From Callorhinchus milii (lineage: Eukaryota), in contig NW_024704742.1 in assembly GCF_018977255.1 (NCBI RefSeq), forward strand, positions 112,594,001 to 112,658,000: a stretch of DNA of 64,000 bases. The letters are read 5' to 3'. Each line of letters starts with the position of its first letter. The stretch's first letter is position 1. Below the pieces are notes generated by a model. It did not search any database, was not told where the DNA came from, and was given only the letters and a program-made list of their open reading frames with translations. The position numbers and the translations under genes were made by a program. Shown here piece after piece: positions 49,931 through 63,610 of the stretch.

Positions 49931-51546
49931 CAACAACAACAACCAGCACATATATAATGCCCTCCGCGCAGGGTAGCATCTCAGAGTGCTTTACAGAAGT
50001 GGAACCTGTCTCTGAGCCGGTGGAAGGCGGGAGGTAGCCGTAAGCACGGTCGAACATGAAAGTTTTTAGGCAGGACTTGAAAAAGGGGAGAGAGGGGCAA
50101 GTTGGAGAAATTGAGGGAGAGTGTTCCAAAATTTTGGGGCGTAGTGGCTGAAAGCACGACCTCCGATGGTGGGGCGGAGGGTGCGAGAGACGAGCAAGAG
50201 ACGAGTGTCAGTCGAGCAGAGGTGCTTGGTGGTGGAGTGAGGAGGTCGGAGAGGTAGGGAGGTGCCAGGAAGTGAATGGATTTGAACATGAGTGTGAGGA
50301 TCTTGAAGTTGATCTATTCGGTGATGGAGAGCCAGTGGAGCCTGGCCAGAACTGGTGAGATGTGAGTGCGGAGTTTGGTCCAGGTCAGTATGTGGGCAGC
50401 AGAGTTTTGAATGAGCTGGATCTTGTGAATGGTGGAGCTGGGGAGACTGGCGAGGAGTGCGTTGGAGTAATTCAAGTGGGAGGTGACAAATGCATGCACG
50501 AGGGTTTCGGCTGCATTTGAGGTAAAATATGGTTGGAGGCGGGCAATGTGGCGGAGGTGGAAGAAAATGGTCCTGGTCAGGAACCAGATATGGGAGAGGA
50601 AGTTGGGGGTGAAACGGATGCCTAGGTTGCACACTAGTTCGGTGAGTCTGTGGGAGAGCCCAGGGAGGTTGACGAGTTTAGATCCGCAGGAGTGAAGATG
50701 TTGATGGGAGCCAAGGAGTATGGCTTCAAAGGACATAGAGGGGGCTTGAGGGGCTGCATGGTAACTGACGGTGGAAAACAACGTCTTTGGATTGTTGTTT
50801 GCTTCCAGGATGACTTTGGAGTAAAAGTCACTTTTGGCCTGTGTAAGATGCTCGAGCCACAGCTGGCGGTGAATCGTGAGGCCGGATTTCTGCCATCTGC
50901 ACTCGAGCATCCGGATTTGTGTTTTGAGTGAGCAGAAATCACTGTTGTACCAGGATGAGCAGTTGGGTTTGGAAACAAGCCTGGATTTCAGGGGAGCCAG
51001 GGAATTGAAGGTTGTGGAGAGATGGTCATTCAGCAACTTGACAACTGCATCAGGGTCGCTGTGGGTGGAGGGTCAGAAGGAGAGGAAGTCCGAGGAAGAG
51101 AGGGCATTAGTGAGGGACTCAGGGGGAAGCATTTTCCAGGGGTGGAAAAAAATAGTGGAGGGTTTGGAAGAGGGGAGGGGTATGTGGGAGGAGAGGGAGA
51201 TGAGGAAGTGGTATGAGGTGGCCATGTCTGTGATTGACAGGTCAGAAATGTCAAGGCGATGAGTGATGACAAGATCGAGGGAGTGGCCACAGTTGTGGGT
51301 AGCGAGTCGATGTGGAGGATGAGGTTTAGGGAAGAGAGGAGGGCAGTAAAATCCAAGGAGGTGGTGCAAGGGGGGTTTAGATGGAAGTTGAAATCACCCA
51401 TTGTGAGCAGTAGTTCAGTGCAGAGGAACAGGGATGAGAGGAGAGAGGAGATATTGGTGAGGAAGGAGCCAGGAGGTTTGGGGGGGTCGGTAAACTAGGA
51501 GGATTTTGAGGGAGAGAAAGGAGGGATGGTAGAGTGTGAGGTGCTC
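49931..51546 (-). mobile_element. L2 family C copy with the RT domain deleted
   Basis: APE/linker peptides (MGDFNFH, ILEANNNPKTLF) join directly to the post-RT EAILLGS at ~50727. Confidence 0.88.
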
Positions 51547-51592
51547 CTTATATATTACTAATTATATATCACCAATTGGCAGAAATAATAAA

Positions 51593-52035
51593 TATAATCC
51601 TTGCATTTGATATGGAGCTCTATCATGTTGTCGAAATGTCTCGAAGTGCTTCACAGGATTACACAGGATTACACTGTAATGCTGTATTACACTACATTTG
51701 TAGGCAAATGCAGCAGCCATATTGCAGACAATGTCTCTCAATTAGCCATGAAATGAATAATCAATTTTATCTGGAGGAATGTTGGCTAGGATACCAGATA
51801 AAAATTCCTTTTTTTTCCAAATAGTACCATAAGATCTTTATCATCTACCTGAATGGACAGACAGGCCTTGTTTTAACATCTCATCTGAAGAATGACAGCT
51901 CTGACTGTATAGCAGACCCTCAGCACTGTGGAGGAGTGTCAGACTAGATTATGAGCTCAATGTCTTAATGTTGGCTTTGAAGCCACAACTATCTGACTTA
52001 AAGGTGTGAGTGCATCCAACAGAGCTGGGAGGCAC
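51593..52035 (-). mobile_element. Deu-domain SINE
   Basis: Head, core and tail, diverged. Confidence 0.75.
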
Positions 52036-54210
52036 CCATGAATAATATGTCAGTGATACATTTCATATACTGTGCCCTGGCAGTAAATCTACCAGCAGTA
52101 GGGGGTGAAAAATTCAGCGTGTGATGTGATCACAACATGGTATATTCTGACCCCTGTTGATTTACCTGTGGATGAGTTCCCATAGCAGAACATCCTCCTT
52201 CAGACCAACTTCAGTTCTAATTGCCTTCATTGAGTCGCTCCAATCTACCACTGTGGCCTCCTGTGACCCTGTTGCCTTTGCTGCTTCATTCACTCTGCAA
52301 ACACCACTTCCTTCATTGGTGATAATTGTGGGTTGTGACAATTATAAACAGTGACAATTATTGCAACAAGGGATGTTTTGTTACTGCAGATGCCTCAGGT
52401 GACAACTATTTATATGAATTTCAGTGCCTTATTCCAGGGGAAAAAAAAATTCCTGTAAGCACTAGAATGGAGTAAACTGCTGCCACTGTAACATAAAGTG
52501 AATGTTCCACAGGGAAACTGATATTGTCTCACTGACTCTTTTAAATTTTGGCCCTGGCCTTACATCTGCAGAATCCAGTCCTTGTGAGTTAACATGACAC
52601 ACAATAAGTTCCCTGCAGAAAACTGTTCATGTCACAGGTGTTTTAACTGTTTCTGTGCAGTAGTTATGTACCTTGCACATTTTTTCGAGCCCACTGTCGT
52701 GAATGCAATTTCCCCTTAATTACTTTTGCCCACAAAATATACAATCGATTCACTTTACAGTGAATTATGTGAATTATATTATGTGAAGCGCTTTGAGACG
52801 TCTTAAAGACGTGATTAGGCGCTATATCAAATGCAAGGATTATTATTATTACCACTTCAAAACAGGAAATGAGGGTTTATTCATGACTTGAGGATACTTA
52901 TGTTTTTTCATGGTATGTTTCATAGATGTGAACCTTTGTTCTTCCAAATGTTGACAAAATTAATAGAAAGAAGTCCAGTTTTTGTCATTGTCTTCCTCTG
53001 GTTTGGATGCGTCAGGTGAAGAGTAATATTAGGCGTTGGGTCCATAGAAGCCTCCACCTTGACCAGATGTTTAGAAGCTGCCTAATGTACTGGGCCCCCT
53101 TTAGATATGTATAATCAGGCCCTACTGCAATGCGTGACACCAGAGAAAGTTCCCACTTGATGGTTGCATCACCACCAAAATGTAACCTTGTCCTCCCGAG
53201 GGGGTTAAATTTCTCATTACCAAAACTAGCATTGCAGTGGTTCACTGCGAGGAAATGACAATCTTTTAACAGTCTGTAGCCTACCTGCCATGCTCACGAA
53301 CCACTTAATTTCCCACAAATTACATTGTTTCAGATACGTTTGATTTAAAGTGAACTTTAACATAAATGGCTTTGAGGGAATTAACAGGCACCGACCTCCA
53401 TTAAACCCAGATGAAAGCTCAAACCTCAGCTAAAACCATAAAATTACTGCTGTAGCCCTCTGCAGCATCTATGTGAGCTGAGCAGCGAAGAGAACTTCTG
53501 AGGAGCAATTTAATTAGCACGCATCACTGAAAAGGTTACAATTGCATCTGTGAATGATATTGAATTGACTGTGATGGTTGACATTAAGCAATTCCTTCCA
53601 AATCATGATTAAACAAGGCTATTTACATTTACATTGATATATAGTCAATGCTAAGTCCATGTAAAGCAACCTGAACTAAATGAGTGTGATAGTCTTCGAA
53701 TTAACCATGTCTGCAATGTTTGCCAAATCAATCAGGTATGTTTATTAACAAGGCATATTTGGGTAAAGGCCGTATGATTTGTAAAATCATAATACGTGTA
53801 CAGATTGCATTAAAATGTATTATTTGTGGTATCAACGTTACTTAAAATTCAACATTTTTCTCCAGTCCACATTTATCTTACAGGTTTTATTCACAATGAG
53901 CTGCCAGAAAATCAATTCTGTATGATGATTGTATGATTCTAGAGTTAAACCTATAATCATAATAATAAAATAAAATTTTAATTAAATCTGTACACATATT
54001 ATAATTTTACAAGTCATACAGCCTCTACCCAAATATGCTTTGTTAATATAATCATAGGTAATCTTTGCATTTAGAATAGCACCTTTTCATGCTACAAAAT
54101 GCCTCAGTGTGCTTCACAGGATTTTTCCTGTGAAGTGTACTGACTAGGCATTTAGGTGCTCACTTCTGGGTTCAAATCCTACATGAGGGTTTTGAACTCA
54201 TAGTCTAGCG

Positions 54211-54930
54211 CAAGGTGGTCCAACCATTTAGGATGTCGAGGGCCAGATGCCACACTTGAGAAATGTCCATGGGCTTCATCAACAATATTTTTGTTTTTCT
54301 TTTCCAGAAACCTATAATAATCATTCAGAAATCCTAGGTTTTAAATAGTGTGACTGTATTACTTAACAGTGATCATCTCAATGGAGATATATGCATCACA
54401 TTTTTTAATGTATTAAAGTCAAAATACAAGATATCAACTCAACATATGGAGGCCCCTACAGAGAATACTCAACAAAATAAAAACAGATTAATACATAATT
54501 GCAAAACTAACTCGGAACTCATTTAACACAGATATGACTTGCAAGCAAACAAGGCTCTGAGGTTTTCCATTACTTGCAATAAACAAGTAATTCACTTCCT
54601 ACTTACAATTAAATCTTCTATTTTGCATCTCTAGTTTGTGTTTTCCTACTGAGACTCATAGTTCTATAGTTTTAGAATTGCAAAATACTCCTGCTGCTGC
54701 TCGCTTTTTCTCACCAGATTGCACAAACCTCGATGTAGTGTGAAATATGACGGGTAGGGGTGGAACTGGATACCTTCCACTCCGCCCCTCTTCCTGTAAC
54801 TCTCCGCGCTGCCTCATGGAGAGAGGTGCAGCCAGGAGGTAAAGCAGTGAGGTCGGAAATGGTTTGCGGGCTGGACAAAATCATCTGCTGGGCCGGTTGT
54901 GGCCCGTGGGCCACCTATTGGACCACTCTG
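54211..54930. mobile_element. Non-autonomous hAT (Charlie-like) element inside a Deu SINE (~54165-55250)
   Basis: TIRs CAAGGTGGTCCAA / TTGGACCACTCTG and subterminal GGCCCGTGGGCC. Degenerate 8-bp TSD GTCTAGCG/GTCTCGGC. The SINE resumes after it. Confidence 0.75.
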
Positions 54931-55315
54931 GTCTCGGCTGACACTCCAATGCAGTACTGGAGGAGCGGTACTTCAGATGAAACATTTAACTGGGGTCCTG
55001 TCTGCCTGTTCGGGTGGACTTTAAAGATCCAAAGGCTTTATTAGAAAAGAGAAGAGAATTTCTCCTAGTTTTCTGGCTAATTATCTCCCAAATAAAATCC
55101 ACTTCATTGGTGTTTATTGGCCGTTGCTGTGAACAAATTGACTACCTACAAGATGCAGTCACTAAACTTTTCAGTAAATATTGGGAAGCACTTTAAGGCA
55201 TCCTCCCAACATGAAATGTGCTGCGCCAAATGCAAGGTTATTATCCTTATTATAATTATTATTTATAATAATTATATAATTATTATATATAATATATATA
55301 TAATTATTATTATTA

Positions 55316-57027
55316 CACCTTCGTACCCGTTTCCCCATCCTCTGTCTCCCTGAAACCTACCACCTGCTCCCTTGACCCCATCCCCACTCCACTCCTTATC
55401 TCCCAGCTCCACCTCCTTGTCCCACATATCACAGACATCGTCAACCTGTCCCTCTCCTCTGGCTCTATTCCCATTCCCTTAAAAACTGCCACCATCACTC
55501 CCACCTTGAAAAAACCCTCCCTTGATGCGTCGCAGCTATCAAGCTACCGGCCCATCTCCAACCTCCCCTTCCTATCCAAGGTCCTGGAACGAGTTGTCGC
55601 CTCCCAGCTGCGCTCTTTCCTCTCCAACCATTCACTATTCGAACCCCTTCAGTCGGGTTTCCGTGCTGCCCATAGCACAGAAACTGCCCTGGTCAAGGTC
55701 ACCAATGACATCTTGACCATCTGTGACCAGAGAAAGGTCTGCCTCTGCCTCCTCGTCCTCCTCGACCTATCGGCAGCATTCGATACGGTCGACCATGCTA
55801 TCCTCCTCCACCGCTTGTCCTCCCACCTAAACCTTCAAGGCCCTGTCCTTGAGTGGTTTAGGTCGTACCTCTCCCACCGTCTTCACTTTGTCTCCACAAA
55901 TGGTTTTTCCTCCAGCCCCCGCACTGTCTAGTGCAGTGTCCCTCAGGGCTCTGTCCTCGGTCCCCTCCTCTTCACCCTCTATATGCTCCCCCTGGTGACA
56001 TCATCCGCAGACATGGGGTTAACTTCCACATGTATGCGGATGACACCCAACTCTACCTTTCCTCCTCTACCCTCAACTCCACGACCACCGATGTCCTGAC
56101 AGCTGCCTGTCCGACATCGAGTCCTGTACGAGAGATAACTTTCTCCAGCTCAACGTGCGCAAAACTGAGGCCCTCCTGATTGGCTCAGGTCAGCGCCTCC
56201 GCACCTCAGGCGCTGACACCATCAGCATCCAAGGCTGCACTCTCCACCTCTCAAAGGCAGTCAGGAACCTCGGGGTTCTGTTCGACCCTGAGCTGTCCTT
56301 TCTCCCTCATATCCGCACCACAACTGGCACCGCCTTCCACCACCTCCGGAACATCGCCAGACTACGGCACTACCTCACCCCTCACGCTGCTGAAACTCTG
56401 GTCCACGCCTTTATCACCTCAAGGCTGGACTATGGGAACTCTCTCCTCGCCGGCCTTCCCGGCACCTCCCTCCACAAGCTGCAGGTCATTCAGAACTCTG
56501 CAGCTCGTGTACTGTCCCGCACCAGGCTTCGGACCACATCACACCCACCCTCGCTCGCCTCCACTGGCTCCCCATCCCCCAGAGGATCGAATTCAAGATC
56601 CTCACCCTCACCTACAAGGCCATTCACGGCCTTGCTCCCTCCTACCTCTCCGACCTACTATCCCCCTACCTACCCGCCCGTACCCTCCGTTCCTCTGGCT
56701 CCGGTCTGCTCCACATCCCCCGCCCCAACCGCCCTACCATCGGTGGCCGGGCCTTCAGCCTCTCAGCCCCTAGGCTCTGGAACTCTATCCCCCAGTGCCT
56801 TCGCCGCCTCCTCCCTTTCCTCCTTCAAGGCCGGTCTCAAGACCTTTCTCTTTGACCGTGCCTTCAGCTCCCCTCTCGACTCTCTACCCCCTCCTCGCTC
56901 CCTCCCTTCCCTCCCTCACCCTGACCATTTCCCCCCTGCTCGGGTCCTGACCCAACTGTACAGCGCCTTGGGACGTCCTCCTGACGTGAAAGGCGCTCAA
57001 TAAATGGAATCTTGTTGTTGTTGTTGT
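55316..57027 (+). mobile_element. 5'-truncated L2 family A (RT to 3' end), frameshifted
   Basis: [29 protein letters not shown] and YADDTQLY; tail (TTG)n. Confidence 0.96.
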
Positions 57028-59293
57028 ATTTGTAGGCTATGGATAATTTAAGGAATGTATCCAAACATTTTTATTAAAAATGGAAAAAACAAAAAGAGAA
57101 GTGAGAGGGGCACAAAAAAAATCTAGTGCGAAGGAAAGATAAGCAAAATGCCCCAAAAAGAAAAGATACTTGCTGAAGAAGAAATACAAAAATATCAAAT
57201 AATAACAATGAAATGCAAAAAAAATTGAATGATGGTAGGTAACTGCGGACACAGGAGATCTGAATACCACTGCTTATTCCATTTTCATTTAAATCTCCAA
57301 ACTATATGAATATTTGGGTCAGTGACTGATGAAAATTGATTGCTATTGTACAGATCAGGTGTGGATTAAGACTCCATGGAACATTTCATATGCAATTATT
57401 TATTTTATGCAGCACCAACTCTGACTGCCTAATTCCCTCACAGTACTCTGCTCCATGTCTCCTCTCAGCATAATTCAGTGATATCTGTGGAATGCCAGAG
57501 ATTTATAGGATAGGTTTGCTGCTTCTATCCTTCTCTTCAATGGCTCAGAACAGAAATCCTGTTGGTAATAATAGTTAGGTTAGAGCAGAGCTGCAAGAGG
57601 GGAAAGACTTTGGTGATGAAACTAAAAATATTGAGTTCTATTTCTGGCATCCAAAAGCCTACCCGATGCTACAAAACTGATTGTATATCATTTCCCTTTT
57701 AACTTGACATTTTAGCCCCTTTGTGAATTGTCAACAGTAATGCTATGGAATAAATTGTAAACATTTACAGGTTATTAGATCTGTTTTTATCAGTGAATTG
57801 ATTTACCAGTTAAATCTTATTCTGCATATGTAATTTAAATTTTTATTTCCATTTAAGATTACCCATTTTGATCATATGGTTGCAGTGACACAAGATCTAC
57901 AAAAGAGCTTTGGATGAAGAAGGCCCTTCAGTCCATTTTGTCTTCAGTCCATTGTTGACTGTCTTCCCATTACAGCATCACAGTGTCCTGGCCTCAACTA
58001 GCTTTCCTGGTAATCCATTCCAGTCATTTTGCCCAGAAAATATACAGTCAATTCACTTAACAGTATATTCTTTGAAGCGCTTTGAGATGTCTGTGAGATG
58101 TGATAAGGCACTATATCAAATGCAAAGATTATTATTATTAATTACTCTCTGGGTGTCTGTGTTGAAATTACCCTTTGCAGCCCCAAGCCTGTGTCATCTT
58201 GCTTTGCTGCCTTGGTGCATCTGAAAATAAATTTTCTCCACATCAGGAGGCTCTTGCTGAATTACCCAATCCCAGTATTGAAAAGCAGTTGTTTTTACTT
58301 TTGAGGAGTCAGCAAAGCTTCAAGTAATTCTAATTTATACAAAAACTGCTGCTGTATAGAGCCACATTCAAGGAACAAGTATTACTGGTTCTATGCTTTT
58401 TGAAAGACAGTGCACACAAAACATTGTCATTGGATGTTAACAAATCCTAACTGAACCAAAATGCAGACTTTGATAATCAGTCATTAATTGCTTAGATGCC
58501 ACAGCTCCTGAAGTATATAGAGTTCCAGAGACTGCAAAATTTAGTAGAAGATTAATAAAAGAAATTCTCTAATGATTAATTAATCATAATTTATAAAAGA
58601 CTCGCTGTATCAAATCTTTTAGCTGTGGGTCACACAGCAACTAAATAAGGTAAGTCACATCAAGCTAACAGCAGTAACAATACCCTAATGATCAATTAAT
58701 CGTACCAGTACTTACCTACGACACACTTTCTGCTCTGTAACTCACAGCTTTTTTTTTGCTATTTCTGTCCTTGACACAACCAAAATTGGGACTGTTTGTG
58801 CAACAGCAGCAATATCCTGTAAATAGCCTGGAACATCCTCCTGGGTGAAGATCTGTAATTATTGTTTGGTTTTATAACTGAATATTCTGAGTGAGATATG
58901 AAGTTTCTATAATGGCACAGGTACTGAGAATCAGGAGGTCTATGAAACTTATTATTTTGTAATTTACTGAATATTAAATATTTTGGGGTCTATAACTCAT
59001 CATATGTTAGTTAGTCAATTAACCAATGCATTCTAGTTCATGGTGGACTCCTGTCTGTTCCCTTAGATATGATATTGCCTTTTCATACTAAGATAGCTGA
59101 TGTATCAAAAAACAATGTAGACTTTCAGGAGTGACATTTCCACCTGATTATATTTGCAGTCTGACATCCTGTGGATTACCTGTGGATATCTTTAGTAGGT
59201 GCTCTGTATCCTTTATTCATTTAACACTAATTACAGAATGATTTAAATATTGAAAGGATGTGTCTACATGAATTGGTTGCAGAAGCAGTTATT

Positions 59294-59690
59294 AACAACA
59301 ACAATTTGCATTTATATGGTGCCCTTCACATGGGGTAGCGCCCTGGAGCGCTTGACAGTGGTGGAGTCTGACACCGAGCCAGGGGAAGTGGGAGGGGGGA
59401 GGTGACCATAAGCACGATCAAAAAAGGTCTTCAGGCGGGATTTGAACGTGGGGAGTGAGGGAGCAAAGTGGAGGGATTGAGGGAGAGAGTTCAAGAATAC
59501 CGGGGCATAGTGGCTGAAGGCACAGCCACCGATGGTGGAGAGATGGGATGAGGGACAAACAGGAGACCGAGCGAGCCGAGCAGCGGCAGCGGGTTGTGGA
59601 GTGGTGGGGTAAGCAATTCGGATAGGTAGGGAGGTTCGAAGGTGTGAAGGCATTTGTAAACAAGTGAGAGGATCTTGAAATCGATCAGTT
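59294..59690 (-). mobile_element. L2 3' fragment
   Basis: IGGCAFSHYAP...FKSRLKTF peptide plus tail. Confidence 0.85.
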
Positions 59691-59889
59691 TTGTGCGGCC
59701 TTACCCATTTTACATTTCCCACTTAATGTTCATGGGCAATGGTAAGATAATGGAGTCCGAAGGTAAACCTAACCTCACAATATAAATTATGAAATTTGCA
59801 TAATTTCTTAGTGGATTTCTTATTTTGGAATATTAAGCTTATTTTGGATTTCCTAATTTGAATATCGCCACACATTGCCAATTTAGTAG

Positions 59890-60341
59890 TGAACTCCGTT
59901 CCCTGATTATCCCAGTCCTTGCCAGACTGCACTGGCTGCCTGTCCCAGAGAGGATCGACTTCCAGATCTCACCCTTGTCTTCAAATCCCTCCACTCCTCT
60001 GCACCCCCTACCTCTCTGACCTCCTCTCTTCTCACAACAGTGCCCGTTGCCTTCGCTCCACTGGGTCTGGCCTCCTCGTCCCCCGAGTCCTCTACTTCAC
60101 CTTTGGTGGCTGTGCCTTCAGTCACTATGCCCCGAGGCTCTGGAACTCCCTTCTTCAATCCCTTTGCCTCGCCTCCTCTCTTCCTATTTTCAGGTCTCTG
60201 CTGAAGAACTTTCTTTTCGACCGCTCCTTTGGTCACCTTCCTCCCCCTCCCCCTGGCTCAGCCCCCGGGAACCATTACTGTGAAGCGCTCTGAGATGCCA
60301 TCCGGCGTGGAGGGCACTATATAAATCCAAGTTGTTGTTGT
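59890..60341 (+). mobile_element. L2 family B 3' fragment
   Basis: PYLSDLL...GGCAFSHYAPRLWN plus tail. Confidence 0.9.
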
Positions 60342-61381
60342 AATGGATTGCCTCCTTTGGAAAAGGATTCTCAATTTCCTTATTGGATTCCAGCATCCAC
60401 CATTTAAAAAAATTCAACCATTTTTAAAAAATCACCATTTTAATACTTCCTAATTGGCAAAATGTGTTGTGAGGTTTATCCTTAGACTTCATTATCTTAC
60501 TATTATCCAAGGATATTAAATGCAAGAGATCCAAGGAAGTCAACACCTATGCTTCTATATTTCTTAATTTAGAAACTTGACAATAACATTGGAGATTGAA
60601 GAATCTCTCAAAGCATCTTTAAGCTGAAATATTGTGCAATATTTATATTATTTTGATTGAGATTTAAGTTGTTTCCTTCTGTTGTGCGGAGGGTGGATTC
60701 TGTTGAATGAATGATGTCTTGGGACATTTTGTACAAGATGCCGAAATATTGCCAATGGATGTTAAATTTGATGAGGGCAGGAGTTTAATTTCTGTGGAAA
60801 GTTTTAAGGATGAAGATGTGGAAAATCTGAATCTGATGTGTTAATGACGTTTTATGCTTCTATTTGGTGCTAAATAATTCTGCGTGCTTTTTCGCACTGA
60901 CACTGACATTTTGCATCTTGTTTGAAATACGTGTGATGCTAATGCAATTAACATTTGATTTGCAGAACTTAGAAGTGAAGAACACAGTTTCAGTTAAATT
61001 AGTCATTCAAATGAAAACTGAAAGCTGAATTAGAAAAATTTGGATTTCCATGACTTTATAAGATGTGACTCAAAATAGCATGTTTTGAGTGCCATATTTT
61101 ACTTTGAACACTTTACAATATATCCTTTGAATTGCTGTGAGAATTCCTTCCAATGTCAAAGACATTGCATAGAATATAAGGATTATTATTATATAATACA
61201 TAGATAATTATCATATAATTTAGATACATAACAAAGCGGTTCCTCAAAATTATAAATGACGTCTGCTCTTTGTGTGACCAGGACTCCCTCTGCATTTTGA
61301 TCTTTTCTGCTTTCAACACATTCAATCATGTCAACCTCCTCCATTGCCTCTCCTCTCTCATCCACCTCAGTGGGACCACAC

Positions 61382-63610
61382 CAACAACAACAACAACAAT
61401 TTGGATTTATATAGCGCCCTCCACGCCGGACGGCATCTCAGAGCACTTCACAGTAACGGATACCAGGGCTGAGCCAGGGGGAGGGGGAGGAAGGTGACCA
61501 AAGGCGCGGTCTAAAAGAAAGGTCTTCAGCCGAGACCTAAAAATAGGAAGAGAGGGGGTGAGGCGAAGGGAGTGAGGAAGGGAGTTCCAGAGCCTCGGGA
61601 CATAGTGGCTGAAGGCACGACCACCAATGGTGGAGCAGAGGACTCGGGGGACAAAGAGGAGGCCATTCCTAGTGGAGCGAAGGCAACGGGCACTGGTGTG
61701 AGGAGAGAGGAGGTCAGAGAGGTAGGGGGATGCAGAGGAGTGGAGGGATTTGAAGACAAGAGTGAGGATCTTGAAGTCGATCCTCTCTGGGACAGGCAGA
61801 CAGTGGAGTCTGGTAAGGACTGGGGTAATCGGGGAGCAGAGTTTGGTGCGGGTAAGAATGTGGGCGGCAGAGTTTTGCATGACCTGGATTTTGTGAATGG
61901 TAGTGGAGGGGAGACCGGCGAGGAGGGCATTTGAATAGTCCAGCCGAGAAGTGACAAAGGCATGGACCAAGGTTTCAGCGGCTTTTGAAGTGAGGTATTG
62001 GCGGAGATGGGCGATGCGTCGGAAGTGGAAGAAAGCGGTGCTGGTGAGGGACCGGATGTGGGGGAGGAAGGATAATTAGGGGTCGAACCTGATGCCTAGG
62101 TTGCATACGAGTTCGGAGAATTTTAGGGGGAGGTCGGGTAGGTGGAAGAGGTAAGAACCATGTGATTTTAGACGTTGACGAAAGCCAAAGAGTCTGGCTT
62201 CCGTCTTGTCAACATTCAGTTGAAGGAAATTTGCGCTCATCCAGCCCCTGAGATCTGACAGGCAGGCTGACAAAACATCAGGGGACTGGGGGTCCAAAGT
62301 GAGGTGGAAAAATAAGAGTTGGGTGTCATCCGGATACATGTGGAAATGTACCTCATGTCTGCGGATGACATCTCCAAGAGAGAGCATGTAGATCAGAAAG
62401 AGGAGGAGGGTAAGGATGGATCCTTGGGGTACCCCACAGATGACCGGGTGAGAGCGGGAGGAAAAGCTGTTTGTGCAGATGTGCTGCTGGCGGTTCGTGA
62501 GTGAGGACTCGAACCAGGCGAGTGGGATCCCACTGAGGTGGATGACGGAGGAAAGGCGGTGGAGGAGGATGGCGTGATCGACTGTGTTGAAAGTGGCGGA
62601 GAGGTAGGTAGAGGGAGCCCTGGTCACAGATAGAGAGGATGTAATTTGAGGCTTTCCGCAGTCTCTGTACTGTGGGCAGGGCGGAAACTGGACGGGAGGG
62701 GTTTGAAGAGGGAGTGGGAGGAGGTGTGCGTGGCGTTGATTAGCAACAATGCGTTCTAGGACTTTTGCGAGAAAAGGCAGGTTTGAAATATGGCGGTAGT
62801 GGCCAAGGTTTGAGGGATCAAGGAAGGTTTTTTGAGGAGAGGTTGATGACAGCAGGTTTGAGGGGGGCAGGGACTGATCCAGAGGAGAGGGACTGGTTGA
62901 TGACATCAGTCAGTAGTGGGCAGAGGAGGGGGAGCTGGGTGACCAGCAAGTTGGTGGGGAGGGGGTCGAGGCAGCAGGTCGTGTGTTTCATTGAGGTGAT
63001 GGTGGGTGAGAGGGAGGAGGGAGAGATGGGGAGGAAGGAATGTAGGATGGGGTTCGAGGTAGGAGTTGATGATGGGGAGGGTGATGGGGATGGAGAGGGG
63101 GTGGTGGTGGGTGACAAGAGTCAGGAGGATGAGGCAGCCTGTTATGTATTTTGGATGAAAAGAAGTCCATGACCTCCTCACACTTGGCATTGGATGTGAA
63201 GATTGAGGAGGCCTGAGGGGATGCACGCAGGAGGTAGTGGGTGGTGGAAAAAAGGACTTTGGGATTGTTTTTCGCCTCCAAGATGATGTTGGAGTAGAAG
63301 GCCGTTTTCGCGCGCAGCAAAGAACGGCGGTAGCTGTGGAGATGCTCGAGGCATAGTTGATGGTGAACTGTCAGGCCAGTTTTCTGCCATCTGCATTCAG
63401 GCAGCCAGGTTTGGGTTTTTAGGGAGCGGAGATGATTGTTGTACCAGGGGGATTGGGTGCGTTTGGAGATTGTCCTGGATTTCAAGGGGACAAGGGAGTT
63501 GAAGGTGGAGAGAGGCGATCATGCAGCAACTGGACGGCTGTTTCAGGATCTCTTTTGGTGGAAGGCCAGAGGGATAGGATATTTGAGGATGTGAGGGCCT
63601 TGGGCGGTAG
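61382..63610 (-). mobile_element. L2 family B, 5'-truncated, inserted into an older plus-strand L2 (61262-61381 and ~63610-64000)
   Basis: Linker, RT (GVPQGSIL, YPDDTQ) and C-terminus present. The flanks read as consecutive parts of another RT. Confidence 0.92.
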
